Below are positions 9,893 to 20,451 of a stretch of DNA of 64,000 bases, one piece after another. Below the pieces are notes generated by a model. The model did not search any database, had not been told where the DNA came from, and saw nothing but the letters and a program-made list of their open reading frames with translations. The translations under genes were made by a program, and so were the position numbers. Source of the DNA: a virus; the IMG/VR virus record IMGVR_UViG_3300045988_131117; one strand, given 5' to 3'. The first letter of the stretch is position 1. Each line of letters opens with the position of its first letter.

Positions 9893-10525
9893 GTGGTTAG
9901 AATCGCATATTTCGGAACCGATGGCTGCCCTGGTCATCACATTATTCCAATACGAGGTAAATTTACGGAAGAGGATATTAAGGTAATAGAATCTGTAGAT
10001 TGTGATGATTTCTATAAGGTGTTTGACGTTATGCGTTTTAAGATAGCTGAGTTTAAAGGATGGACGATATTGGGAATCCCGGCAAGCTTAGACGATCATA
10101 GACCTGGAAGCAAAACCGTTATCTTCATAGAAGGTAAAGCTAACGAAGCTGATTTTATAGAAGTCATACAAGAGTATTCTTTTCTTAAAAATAAGGTAAA
10201 GAAACTTACCGAATTGTATCATGATGGAGAATGGTTTGCGACTGGTAAATTAAATCAAGATCCGCCTACTAACAAGGAGCGGTTTCAATTCACGTTAGAC
10301 AGGGATGATATTATTAACATGATTAGGGGAGTCATTTTAAACCCTTATTCTGATGTGGCGAATGAAATGGAGAAAATCGGATTGGGATCATCATCTGATT
10401 CTTCATATGATGGTCCCACATGGTCTTGGTTTGTTAACAAAGTAGATATTTGGCAGAATAATGCATGGGATGGTTTTTCTGCTGAGTTCTTATGGGGTTT
10501 GTATTGTAGGATAAAGAAAGTATAG
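9893..10525 (+). CDS. hypothetical protein (about 210 aa; start uncertain, GTG in the track)
   Basis: ORF only. Confidence 0.4.
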   Translation: MVRIAYFGTDGCPGHHIIPIRGKFTEEDIKVIESVDCDDFYKVFDVMRFKIAEFKGWTILGIPASLDDHRPGSKTVIFIEGKANEADFIEVIQEYSFLKNKVKKLTELYHDGEWFATGKLNQDPPTNKERFQFTLDRDDIINMIRGVILNPYSDVANEMEKIGLGSSSDSSYDGPTWSWFVNKVDIWQNNAWDGFSAEFLWGLYCRIKKV

Positions 10526-10536
10526 TAACAATTAAT

Positions 10537-11427
10537 TTGAAACAAATCATGGGATTAGACGATTTTAAAAAAGATGTAATGAGAGTGATGACAAAAGAAG
10601 AGTTCGAATCAGCAATCAACGAAGATATTAAATTCGTTGAAGGAATTAAGCATTTTTTTAAACATGATGATGCTACGAGGGTAATGGAACACGTAAAGTC
10701 CGTGTTAGAAGCATCAGTAGATTACTTCTATCCTAATCATCCTGAAGTAGAATTTGAAAAAGATTTTAATATACAATACGATGTCAATAATATCTTGAAC
10801 AAATACGGCCACACCGAAATGGGTATGTATAAAATACAGCTCTATATAGGGAATATTTTGGGTAGTATTCAAAACAAGAAGCCTGTAGACGTGGGAGAAG
10901 TCTCTGATGGATACCACACTTTCAATGAATTGTATCGGTATCGCATGTTGTATAACGCTGCCTTCTTTAACCTATTAGCCAGAAGCGGACAGGTTGAAGT
11001 TTGCAAATCAAGGAGACACAGCGACGGAGAAAAATGCTTCGGTTCTGATGATTGGTTTATTGTGATGGCGATCCTACCTACCGGTCAGGTATCTAATCAC
11101 TATGAAAGCAAATACTGGGATTTGTTTGATGTTCCAGAAAGAGAAACCGCTTTCGAATACGATGGCCATACACCAAATGAAGCTGCCGACAGACTTGAAA
11201 AGTATCTCAAACTGCCTCGTCGTGGCATGACATTCGAACAGGCTTTAGAACAGCTTAAATTAGGTCGTAAGATAAAAAGAATCGATTGGGGTAAAAAGTA
11301 TATCTGTATGTTTATTGTAGAATCTGACGTAAATATATTGATGGTAGATACAGGTCAAAAAGTAGCATCAAATTGGAATCCAACCGAACATGATATTATG
11401 TCTAATGACTGGGAGATTGCGGGATGA
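10537..11427 (+). CDS. protein with C-terminal DUF2829 (Tad2-like) domain
   Basis: The C-terminal ~70 aa, MTFEQALEQLKLGRKIKRIDWGKKY...WNPTEHDIMSNDWEI, match the DUF2829 pattern MxFxEAL..LK.G.K..R..W...Y...W.P...D....DWEI. The N-terminal 220 aa are unassigned. Confidence 0.55.
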   Translation: MKQIMGLDDFKKDVMRVMTKEEFESAINEDIKFVEGIKHFFKHDDATRVMEHVKSVLEASVDYFYPNHPEVEFEKDFNIQYDVNNILNKYGHTEMGMYKIQLYIGNILGSIQNKKPVDVGEVSDGYHTFNELYRYRMLYNAAFFNLLARSGQVEVCKSRRHSDGEKCFGSDDWFIVMAILPTGQVSNHYESKYWDLFDVPERETAFEYDGHTPNEAADRLEKYLKLPRRGMTFEQALEQLKLGRKIKRIDWGKKYICMFIVESDVNILMVDTGQKVASNWNPTEHDIMSNDWEIAG

Positions 11428-11699
11428 GTTTGTTTGTTTGTTCAAAGTGTGGCTGTATAGATAATACAGCCACATCATATTACTGGGCTCTTATAAGACC
11501 TTGTAAGAATCGTATTTACGATAAGTCGCTAAAGGGATATGAAGGCAAGCCTCTTTGTTCTGAATGTGCCGCTATTGAATATAGTAAGGGATGCGAAGTG
11601 GTGGTAGTTCCTGGAACGTGGCACGGTAAGTTCAAGAAAGAATGGCCTACTGAAGAAGAAAAGAAACATATTGGTAAAAACGGAATATTAAATTTATAG
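11424..11699 (+). CDS. Cys-rich small protein (91 aa), probable zinc-binding
   Basis: CSKCGC...C and CSEC motifs; start overlaps the upstream stop by 4 nt. Confidence 0.45.
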   Translation: MSLFVCSKCGCIDNTATSYYWALIRPCKNRIYDKSLKGYEGKPLCSECAAIEYSKGCEVVVVPGTWHGKFKKEWPTEEEKKHIGKNGILNL

Positions 11700-11701
11700 T
11701 C

Positions 11702-12007
11702 ATGTGTAATAAAGAAATCGTGATATGCGCGGCCATCTGGGTACAGGACGACAAGAAACGTCCCTATCAGCCCACCAATATACCATCCGGCACCGTGTTC
11801 TGTGGATTGAGACACCCCTCTATACTATCTCAACTTGCGGCATACGGTATAGCCCATAAAAACCGCAGTGTTCAAGGATTTTTGACAAGCAAGAACCGGT
11901 TTTTAACAAGAGAGGAAGCGTCTGAACTTGTTAGAAACAATAATCAAGAAATGGTAGTAGATAGGAGTGCCATTAGAGAACAATTGTATTCAGAAGATTT
12001 ATATTAA
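11702..12007 (+). CDS. hypothetical protein (101 aa)
   Basis: ORF only. Confidence 0.4.
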   Translation: MCNKEIVICAAIWVQDDKKRPYQPTNIPSGTVFCGLRHPSILSQLAAYGIAHKNRSVQGFLTSKNRFLTREEASELVRNNNQEMVVDRSAIREQLYSEDLY

Positions 12008-12026
12008 CTAAAAAAAACAAAATAAC

Positions 12027-12383
12027 ATGGGGTTTAAAATCAAAAAGTCAATCATTTATAATATGATGGACGGCAGTCGGGTAGAGTATGAATTTGACAA
12101 CACCAAGGATTTTGATTATATCACATTTAAGGGCAATGGCAAAGAATCTTTTTCATTTAACGTAATCCTTGTTAAACAATTAATTGAAACATTTGAAATC
12201 ATGTTGCAGGATATATACTCTAATAATTATAAGCTTAAGGTTTATGCTGGTAATTGCATAGCTCAATTGAGTGTAAATCCAAAGGACTCAAGTGAATCCT
12301 TTTTTGACGTATATGATAAAGATGAAACGAAACTGATATATGGAATAGAGATCGGTATTCTGAAGGAAATGTTTGGCATATGA
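12027..12383 (+). CDS. hypothetical protein (118 aa)
   Basis: ORF only. Confidence 0.4.
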   Translation: MGFKIKKSIIYNMMDGSRVEYEFDNTKDFDYITFKGNGKESFSFNVILVKQLIETFEIMLQDIYSNNYKLKVYAGNCIAQLSVNPKDSSESFFDVYDKDETKLIYGIEIGILKEMFGI

Positions 12384-12697
12384 TTACTAAACAAGATATA
12401 CAAGCAGCAGCATCGTATATTTTCCGAAGCAGTTTTGTCTCGGAGGACCAGGCAAGGAAAGTAACGATAAGAGCCAGCAATAACGCTACCAAGATCCTCG
12501 TCAAGACCTTTAGAGGCAAGTTGTTCAAGAAAGCTTTTGGAAGAGCTCGTAGAGGAAAGGATATCAGTTCTTTTGAAAGACAAGAAAAAGAAAGTGGTTT
12601 TAATTTCCTTTACAATCTTAATGGTCGTATGCAAAGCGGTCATATTATAATAGACGGAATTGGTCTGTTTAAACAAATAATGAAGTCGGGTACGTAA
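12380..12697 (+). CDS. hypothetical protein (105 aa)
   Basis: ORF with a 4-nt overlap on the previous gene. Confidence 0.4.
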   Translation: MITKQDIQAAASYIFRSSFVSEDQARKVTIRASNNATKILVKTFRGKLFKKAFGRARRGKDISSFERQEKESGFNFLYNLNGRMQSGHIIIDGIGLFKQIMKSGT

Positions 12698-12726
12698 GTT
12701 ATCCGACTTTTTCATATATTTGTGGC

Positions 12727-13050
12727 ATGGCAAGAGGTTATTATTGGATACCACAAACAGATGAAACGTTAAATGGCAGAAGCTATTACGTGGCTAAGAT
12801 AGTAGGGGATATCACGTTTGATACTAAACGAAAAAGAATCGTATTTCAAACTGATAGGTATTTCCCTGTAGGATCTGTTTTCCATTTTACGCACAATTGC
12901 TTTAACTATATCATAACTTGCCGACTTCGCAAGCCGGGGCTTTGGTTTGAAGCCAGGAGAGAAGATTCAGGCTCTATTTGCCTTGAAGATATTGAGCGCT
13001 TTGAATCGGGAAGGTTTATACACCGAGATGGGTACATGCATTACATATAA
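12727..13050 (+). CDS. hypothetical protein (107 aa)
   Basis: ORF only. Confidence 0.4.
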   Translation: MARGYYWIPQTDETLNGRSYYVAKIVGDITFDTKRKRIVFQTDRYFPVGSVFHFTHNCFNYIITCRLRKPGLWFEARREDSGSICLEDIERFESGRFIHRDGYMHYI

Positions 13051-13102
13051 GCTGAACTTGACGATTTTTCGTCAGATTATAATTTTTTTTCATATTATTT
13101 TT

Positions 13103-13140
13103 AAGCCATCAGACTGAGAAGTTAGATGGCTTTATTTTTT
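13103..13140 (+). terminator. rho-independent terminator
   Basis: AAGCCATC / GATGGCTT 8-bp stem with a 14-nt loop, followed by TATTTTTT. Confidence 0.6.
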
Positions 13141-13192
13141 ATGATATGCTTGATTTTTAACTACCTTTGTCTCATAACAAAAATGTTTTACT

Positions 13193-16100
13193 ATGACATC
13201 AGCGTGTATTATTAAAAGAGATAATAAAAAGAAAGTTGTTTCTGTCTCTACCAGATCAGGGGACAGGTCTATGTTGTTTGATAAAATAGCATCTATTCCT
13301 CTTATGGAGAATAGGGAACGGGCTACTACTGTTTTTAAAACCGTATTTTCTAATAAGTTCTTAAAGGCTTTTGGCGACTGGAGAAAGAGAGTGCCTATCA
13401 ATAAACAGGCCTACAATAAGGTGAAATCCAACATCGATCTTATTCCGGAAGCTTATAGAGAAAGGGTGCTGGATAAGGCTTCTAAGATGAGTAATCCTGT
13501 TCTTGTATCAAAATCAGATGCACCTTATGGGATTCAAGAATCAGGCTTCGGATTCTATAGCCAAGATCTGGGTGATAATATTATGTTGGTGGATGCTATG
13601 GTTCCTTCAAGTATTTCCGTACCGGAAGGACCGGGAATAGACGCCGGGCAGTATTTACAAGATGCTATATCTTCGGACTTCACTCCCGTATCTATGGTAC
13701 AGGATAAGGGTGTTAATTATATGGTTATAAAAGACGGTCTTAAGATATTTAGCCCAGAAGAGTTACCACAGACAGATTCTAATCCTGTGGGTGTAACGTA
13801 TCAGACCGGAGAGCCTCGTTTGTTTTTCATGAACGATCGTAATCAATTATTTGAAGATTACGGAGAAGCTCTTCGCTCTGGCGGGAATGATATTAGAATA
13901 GGATTCTTATCCGGCACCGTTCAAGAATCTGCCTGGGATGGCGTGGCAGACATTACTTACAAAGCTGGAAAGTATGTTCTTAATAATCCCAAATCTTTTA
14001 TACCGGTCATGACCGCTTCTGCTTCTACTTCTTTATCAACAAAAGGTGGTATAATTAACTACCTTATAAAGAAAGGTCTTTTGTCCGGATCTAAGATATT
14101 CGATCCTGAAACAAGAAGCTATTATCTTACAGGAGAAGGTCATACAGGACAAATTAGACTTTTCAATTCAGCCTTATCCTACACCGATCTCCGTAATCAT
14201 TTTGGTTCCGATGTTTCCATGAACGACCAGGGTATGATAACCATAAGCTCGTTGGATAATAGTAAGGTAACTATGAGGCTCGCCACCGGAGGAACGGAAA
14301 GGGTTAGCAAAGAGCAGATAAAGAACGATCTCAAGTCAGGAAGATACAATGAATTGGACGCCAAGTACGATCATTTTGATGCGCTTGTAGTTTCATTCAT
14401 ATTAGAAGACAACGATCTTTATGCTGATACTAAAGCTAAGATCGTATCAGATTATAGCAGGCAGGAACGTGATCAACGAAATTCTATTGTCGAGATACTG
14501 AAAACGCTTGGCGTTAGTGTCATAGGTATGACCGATTATATAGAGAAGTACCAAACCAAATACGGGCATGAACCTTCTGCTAAGGCATTGGCGGATATTG
14601 CCAATAACGTAATAGCAGTTGGTGAAGATGCTACTTTATCTGATTTAGTAGAAGAAACAGCCCACTTCCTTGTAGAGGCATACAGAGATCAGAATGCTGT
14701 TGAGGCTGTTCTGCAAGATGTAGAAGGTACGGAAGAGTGGAACCAATATGCAGGTCAGTATTATAATACATACGGTAAGGTATATGAAGGAGCTGAGCTT
14801 GATAATGCTGTTAGGAGAGAAATTCTTGGAAAGATCCTCGCCAGGGAGATGCAGACCGGCACAGCACAGGCGCCGGTAGAGCCCACCTCCTTCCTGGGGC
14901 GCGTCCGGCAGCTTCTCTCTGGAATCGTAAGCTGGCTTAAATCAGCTTTATCAACCCAAAGACAAGATTTGAATAACGTTATTAAAAACATTCGTGATCT
15001 TGCCATTACTGACATAGATAAAGGATTTGACACCTCTCTGTTAAAGGATAATGACTTTACATTATACTCCCTTTCTTCTATGAACAAGAACAAGTTTCTT
15101 GAGTCTAAGATCAGATCACTAAGAAAAACATTAAGAGACTTACGTCAGATAAGCTCTGATAGGGCTGTAACTACGTCTATGACCCTTGCGCAGCTTAAGA
15201 CCATAGAAGATAAGATAAATAAGGTAGAGACCGAAATAGACAAGAATGAGATGGCGGCTGCCATGAACAGCATGATCTCCACAGCCGAAGCTCAGGTCAG
15301 ATACTTAAACAATGTCGTGAACACCATTCTTCATGGAGATACTAAAGACGGTAAGCTTCACTTCAATACCAATGATCGAAAGAACGTAGATATTATCAAC
15401 AATCAGGTTCTTCCGATCATGAACGATCTTCGAGGATATATCCGTAACAGAAGTACCGAATTTGATGAACGTGAAAAGCAGGATTATACAAATAGGATCA
15501 ATACCGTCATTGCCGACATTAATGGTATTCAATCTGATATTAAATCAGTACAAGACCTTGATGAAAGTACGTTGCTTGATAAGTTAATGAACGAACTTCA
15601 TGTGCCGGCAGATAAGGTAAAGAGAGTAAAAGAATTTTTTGACAAAGTTCAACATGATGTCTCTTGGATAAGTAGGTGGTTCGGTATATTAGAGCATTCT
15701 TCCAGTCCGTTCAATAACGCTCTTGGAGCTATGATTGCCAAAGACAATTACAATGCGATGGTGAATGCCCAGCCCGCCATATCCGACTTCCTGGCATATG
15801 CGAAAAAGCATGGTTTTAACAAATATGAATTTGAAAAACTGCTTCAGAAAGTAGACGGCAAAACTTCTAATTACCTTCGTAGTGCTCTTGATATGGCTAA
15901 ATACGATCGTAATAAGAAGCTGGCGCAGATGCGAGCGTTTGCGACTGCCATGAACATAGAGATATCAGAAGAAGAAATAAATGATGTGGTTGACAATAAC
16001 CGTAATTACGTATTTAAAAGAGAAGTAGTTGACAAGGATGGAAATACGGTTACTGAAAACGCTAAATTTAAGCCATCGTCTGATAGGGTTAATACCGATA

Positions 16101-19100
16101 TTTTTACCATCGAGCAGGAAAAGATCTATACGGAACAGATGGAAAAGTGGGATGCTGAAAATTCGGAACTGGAATTTAGCGAAAGTTATGCCACAAGAAT
16201 GGAATCCATATACAAAAAGGCTGAAGAAGAATTAGGACATCCGGTTTCTCAAACAACCAAAGAATACCTTAATGCCCTATCCCGGCAAAAACGGATATTG
16301 AGGCAGCCTTTTATTGATAGCGGTGGTAATTTTGATGAGGTTGCCTACTATAAGAGTAGTAACTACGAAGAAGAAGGACTGCTTCGTAAACAACGTAAGG
16401 AAGCAGCTTCGGAATACATATATGTTGGTACCAGACGTGTTGAAAAAACCGGAGACCAGCTTAAGATGGCTAAAGAAATACAAGCCATAAATGAAGTTTG
16501 GAGAAAAGAATCAGATAAGGTTTCCAATGCCGTATCAGAATCGTTTTTGCAAAAATTGAGAACGATTCAAAGCGAGTCGGGAGGAGAAGCTGCGCTGAAG
16601 ACACTTATGTTGGGAGGTCACCTGTCATTTAATGATCGGTTTTGGAATGATGTAGAATCGGAACAGTCGGCACGTACCGAATCAAATAACAAGGCTTCGT
16701 ATCTCAAAATGGCGCATGATATCATTAGTTCTACGACAAGTGATAGAGATGCGACTGACGTGGACTCGATTGTAAAAGATATAGAAAAAAATAAGGCCAT
16801 TATCAAGGAAATAATCGGAAACAATCGCGATGTGGCTGATATCGGAGAAATTAACGAAGCGACATTTACCTCATCCGAAAGAGATGCTTTTAGGGCCGCA
16901 TCTGAAGCTATTGAAGCCGATTACGCTATTTTGATAGATTATGCTAAGATGGTGGGTCTTGAAGATATTGATAAGTACCTTACTAAAAGCAGTAAGGCTG
17001 AAAACGAAGTAAATCAGTCTTATTTAAATGCTCTTGCTGACTCCAAGGAAGTGGAATGGAAGTTCGTACAACGTCATACTACGGCGAAGAAAGCAAAAAG
17101 GATTCAGGCTTTAAGGGATAAGCTGTTTAAGGCTGCTGATAACCGATATCTGTTTACCGTATCTGAAACCAATTACCTGTCAGAAAAGCTTGGTATAAGC
17201 AAAGAATTAGACGGTAGAGATTTTAGGAATGCTGTTAATGCTAAGATGGCCAGCTTATTTTTAAATAATACAAGAGAGGAGGGCATAGAAGAGGCCAATG
17301 CTATTGTTAATGAATTTGCCAGGAGCCAGGTCTTTTCGTACTATAAACGCATGGCGCCTACCGGATATGCGGCTATGATCGACAAAATTGGTCGAGGTGA
17401 GATAGATGTGGCGCAGATGGTTAAGGACGTACAAAATGGTACATCCACCCAAGATTATGGCATGGACATATCGTACCTGTCTTTCGATCCTGCAAGGGCA
17501 TGGGTGGCTGAATCTGAAGCCGAAAATAGCGGCCGTAATCCTGATTATGTAAAAGATCATGGGTATGGTCATCGAATGCCTAAGAAAAGCCTGTATCGTG
17601 ACGAATCGTATTTCAATGACTTTGGTATCAAGTATGATGCTGACGGTAATGAGGTTGCTACTAAAAACGTAGAGCAGTGGAATATGATTCAAAAGCTCAA
17701 AGAAATAAAAAGACAATCCCTTGATCTATATAAAGAGCAGAGTCCGAACCTGTATGCTATTCCACAGATATCCAAACAAGACATAGAACGTGTAGAAGGA
17801 TTGGGTATTAACTTCAAAAATACAGTTCGTAATTTTGTATCAGATCTGTGCCTGGACAGAGTAGACGATTCTCTATACGGTAAAACCAGACAGGGGGAAG
17901 TATATGATCCTGAAGACAGGCTTAGGTCTATACCTAAATACTACATATATGAATTGGAGAACCAAGATGATGTATCTCACGATTTTGGCTACTCTTATTC
18001 GATGCTTATGATGCAGTCATCGTTATACAACGAAAAGCAGAAGTCTATAGAGCTTGCCCAAGGACTGGAACAGATGTTGCTGAATAAGCAATTTGAAGGC
18101 GGGAAGAAAGCTGAAGCAACCCAAGCATATCAGATGTTCAGGGACTTCTTCAATGACCATTATTATGGCATTAGGATGAACACCAAAAAACTGACGGTAA
18201 ACATCGGTGGATACACAGTAGACCTTACCAGGATAATGATGGCCGTTGAAAGATTTATGTCGGTCATGAACTTGGCACTGTCCCCGTTTGTGGCAGCTAC
18301 CGGCGCCCTTACCGGCCATATCAACCTCATCATGGAATCAGCCGTAGGACAGTATATAAGCAAAGATTCCCTTAAATACGCATCGGCTGAGTTTTCCCGT
18401 CTTGCGCCATCTTGTATAGCAGAAACCGGAGACATAGATAGGAAAAGCAAATTATATGTCATAGGTGAGAGAATGGGGATATTCAATATCCGAAATCGTA
18501 TGTATGGTGCCGGATATAATAGAGTGGCCAGGACCTTAATGCGTTCGCCTATGTATGCTTTTATGGAAATCCTGAACTACCCTCTTGATCCGCAGGTTAT
18601 GATTGCTACTATGGACAATGTTCGTTATTACAAAGGCCGGTTCTATACGTTCCAAGATTTCAAGATGGAAAAAGAACGCAATAAAGAACAGAGTACCATA
18701 AAAAGAGAATGGGATGCATTAAAAGATCGCACTTTATGGAGTATGGTAGACGTCGTGGATGGAAAGGTGGTTGTAAAGCCGGGATCGGGTGTTACTGTTG
18801 AGGAAGTTGAAACCCAGATGGCTATAACCAGGAATCAAGTCCGTAGCTTGTCGCAGATATGTAACGGATCTTTGAATGAAGAAAACCGAACTGCCGCATC
18901 GCGCAACTGGATAGCCAGGTTCATGACCGCCCACCGAGGCTGGCTGGTGCTGGCAGCTCAACGTCTGTGGAAAAGACGTGGCTTCAATTTCCAAACAATG
19001 CAAGAAGAGGAAGGGTTGTCAATTACGTTAAAGAATATGATAGCCAAAACATTTAGCCTGGCTTCCGAGTCTGGTATGAAAAACATCATAGATGCCTGGA

Positions 19101-19615
19101 ACGAAAATAAAGACAATATGAATGAGGTAGAAAAAACTAATCTCAAACGCCTCAGTGTCTATGCCGGCACGTTCCTTATCATGCAAGCCGTATCCATGCT
19201 TCTTGCCGGATGGCGTGATGATGATGAAAACGAAGAAAGTTGGCTTACTCAATTTGGATCTTACGTTGGATTCAGAACCATAAACGAAATAGCTTCACAG
19301 ATGCCGTTTATTATGGAGCTTAACGTTGTAGATATCATTAACGACCCGTTTGTTATGGGAAGGAAGCTGAAGGATCTTACCGATCTTAGGAATTATTCAC
19401 TTGATAAAGTAACATCCGGTACATACAAAGGAGAGTCTAAGCTATTTAGGCAACTCGCCAAACAGACGTTTATCAAACAATGGTATAATATCAAGACGCC
19501 GGAAGACGTAGCGCGCGCCTATAATTGGTGGCAGCAGACAAACAACAAGTCAATGATGTTCTTCATCGGCGCTACTCCTGATTCGGAAGGAGACGATGAC
19601 GTTAGTTACAAATAG
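13193..19615 (+). CDS. giant hypothetical protein (2,140 aa), possibly a tail tape-measure or ejection/internal virion protein
   Basis: A 6.4-kb uninterrupted ORF that is largely helical and charged, with hydrophobic segments near the C-terminus (LSPFVAATGALTGHINLIM, TFLIMQAVSMLLAGW). No catalytic motif recognised. Confidence 0.6.
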   Translation: MTSACIIKRDNKKKVVSVSTRSGDRSMLFDKIASIPLMENRERATTVFKTVFSNKFLKAFGDWRKRVPINKQAYNKVKSNIDLIPEAYRERVLDKASKMSNPVLVSKSDAPYGIQESGFGFYSQDLGDNIMLVDAMVPSSISVPEGPGIDAGQYLQDAISSDFTPVSMVQDKGVNYMVIKDGLKIFSPEELPQTDSNPVGVTYQTGEPRLFFMNDRNQLFEDYGEALRSGGNDIRIGFLSGTVQESAWDGVADITYKAGKYVLNNPKSFIPVMTASASTSLSTKGGIINYLIKKGLLSGSKIFDPETRSYYLTGEGHTGQIRLFNSALSYTDLRNHFGSDVSMNDQGMITISSLDNSKVTMRLATGGTERVSKEQIKNDLKSGRYNELDAKYDHFDALVVSFILEDNDLYADTKAKIVSDYSRQERDQRNSIVEILKTLGVSVIGMTDYIEKYQTKYGHEPSAKALADIANNVIAVGEDATLSDLVEETAHFLVEAYRDQNAVEAVLQDVEGTEEWNQYAGQYYNTYGKVYEGAELDNAVRREILGKILAREMQTGTAQAPVEPTSFLGRVRQLLSGIVSWLKSALSTQRQDLNNVIKNIRDLAITDIDKGFDTSLLKDNDFTLYSLSSMNKNKFLESKIRSLRKTLRDLRQISSDRAVTTSMTLAQLKTIEDKINKVETEIDKNEMAAAMNSMISTAEAQVRYLNNVVNTILHGDTKDGKLHFNTNDRKNVDIINNQVLPIMNDLRGYIRNRSTEFDEREKQDYTNRINTVIADINGIQSDIKSVQDLDESTLLDKLMNELHVPADKVKRVKEFFDKVQHDVSWISRWFGILEHSSSPFNNALGAMIAKDNYNAMVNAQPAISDFLAYAKKHGFNKYEFEKLLQKVDGKTSNYLRSALDMAKYDRNKKLAQMRAFATAMNIEISEEEINDVVDNNRNYVFKREVVDKDGNTVTENAKFKPSSDRVNTDIFTIEQEKIYTEQMEKWDAENSELEFSESYATRMESIYKKAEEELGHPVSQTTKEYLNALSRQKRILRQPFIDSGGNFDEVAYYKSSNYEEEGLLRKQRKEAASEYIYVGTRRVEKTGDQLKMAKEIQAINEVWRKESDKVSNAVSESFLQKLRTIQSESGGEAALKTLMLGGHLSFNDRFWNDVESEQSARTESNNKASYLKMAHDIISSTTSDRDATDVDSIVKDIEKNKAIIKEIIGNNRDVADIGEINEATFTSSERDAFRAASEAIEADYAILIDYAKMVGLEDIDKYLTKSSKAENEVNQSYLNALADSKEVEWKFVQRHTTAKKAKRIQALRDKLFKAADNRYLFTVSETNYLSEKLGISKELDGRDFRNAVNAKMASLFLNNTREEGIEEANAIVNEFARSQVFSYYKRMAPTGYAAMIDKIGRGEIDVAQMVKDVQNGTSTQDYGMDISYLSFDPARAWVAESEAENSGRNPDYVKDHGYGHRMPKKSLYRDESYFNDFGIKYDADGNEVATKNVEQWNMIQKLKEIKRQSLDLYKEQSPNLYAIPQISKQDIERVEGLGINFKNTVRNFVSDLCLDRVDDSLYGKTRQGEVYDPEDRLRSIPKYYIYELENQDDVSHDFGYSYSMLMMQSSLYNEKQKSIELAQGLEQMLLNKQFEGGKKAEATQAYQMFRDFFNDHYYGIRMNTKKLTVNIGGYTVDLTRIMMAVERFMSVMNLALSPFVAATGALTGHINLIMESAVGQYISKDSLKYASAEFSRLAPSCIAETGDIDRKSKLYVIGERMGIFNIRNRMYGAGYNRVARTLMRSPMYAFMEILNYPLDPQVMIATMDNVRYYKGRFYTFQDFKMEKERNKEQSTIKREWDALKDRTLWSMVDVVDGKVVVKPGSGVTVEEVETQMAITRNQVRSLSQICNGSLNEENRTAASRNWIARFMTAHRGWLVLAAQRLWKRRGFNFQTMQEEEGLSITLKNMIAKTFSLASESGMKNIIDAWNENKDNMNEVEKTNLKRLSVYAGTFLIMQAVSMLLAGWRDDDENEESWLTQFGSYVGFRTINEIASQMPFIMELNVVDIINDPFVMGRKLKDLTDLRNYSLDKVTSGTYKGESKLFRQLAKQTFIKQWYNIKTPEDVARAYNWWQQTNNKSMMFFIGATPDSEGDDDVSYK

Positions 19616-19752
19616 ACGAAGAATATCGGACTTGCATTGTTTTTGTATGATTCCAATATGTTATATTAGCATCGTCAAAGAGTAGATTGTACGTTTTTTT
19701 GTTCTTACTTGAAAGATTATGTAGGTTTAATTTTTTCTGAAATTGTTTTCTT

Positions 19753-19797
19753 ACCGGTTCTCAGTCAGAGATGATAGGGAACCGGTTTCTTTTATGT
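19753..19797 (+). terminator. rho-independent terminator
   Basis: ACCGGTTC / GAACCGGT stem followed by TTTCTTTTAT. Confidence 0.5.
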
Positions 19798-19829
19798 TGT
19801 CAATTATTGCTATCTTGCAAACAAAAATC

Positions 19830-20447
19830 ATGAGACGAAGATTTCAAATAGGGATGGGGGTAAATCCCTCGCTTATAATCAATAAAGGCATATACATCCA
19901 ACATGTAGATGGAGGATTATATACAAAAGAAAATTGGTCTAATAAAGGATATTCCAATGATCTATGCAATGGAATAGCTCTTGTAGATAAAGTGTGTTTT
20001 GTTATAGCCACCGAATATATTGGCACATTTCGTTGGGGTAAGGATGGAGAAATAGACAATATATTTGCACAAGATAGTTCTCATATGGGAACTATTAAAA
20101 AGGATTATTGGGGGCGTGAAAATCAGAATGCGTATCTTGAATATGATACCAGTAATACAGATTACGCTTTTAATAAAGCTAATAGCTATTTATTTAAAAA
20201 TGGTCAAAATGGATATGTAGGTGGCGCCGGAGAGTTTTTTTTGATATCATTGTATGCTAATGAAATAAACGAATGCCTTTTAATGGTAGGAGGTACGATA
20301 ATGAGTAATAGAATGTGGACATCCACTCGAAATACAAAATTTACCTATTCGTGGTATTATGATATAAACATCCAAGGAGATCATTTGGATACAGGTTCAA
20401 GGGGTAGTTCACATTATGTCCGCCCTTTTACTGAATTAATTTTATGA
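19830..20447 (+). CDS. MRRRF-N-terminus family protein (205 aa)
   Basis: ATG at 19830 gives MRRRFQIG...; beta-rich Asn/Gly/Tyr composition. Confidence 0.5.
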   Translation: MRRRFQIGMGVNPSLIINKGIYIQHVDGGLYTKENWSNKGYSNDLCNGIALVDKVCFVIATEYIGTFRWGKDGEIDNIFAQDSSHMGTIKKDYWGRENQNAYLEYDTSNTDYAFNKANSYLFKNGQNGYVGGAGEFFLISLYANEINECLLMVGGTIMSNRMWTSTRNTKFTYSWYYDINIQGDHLDTGSRGSSHYVRPFTELIL

Positions 20448-20451
20448 AATT

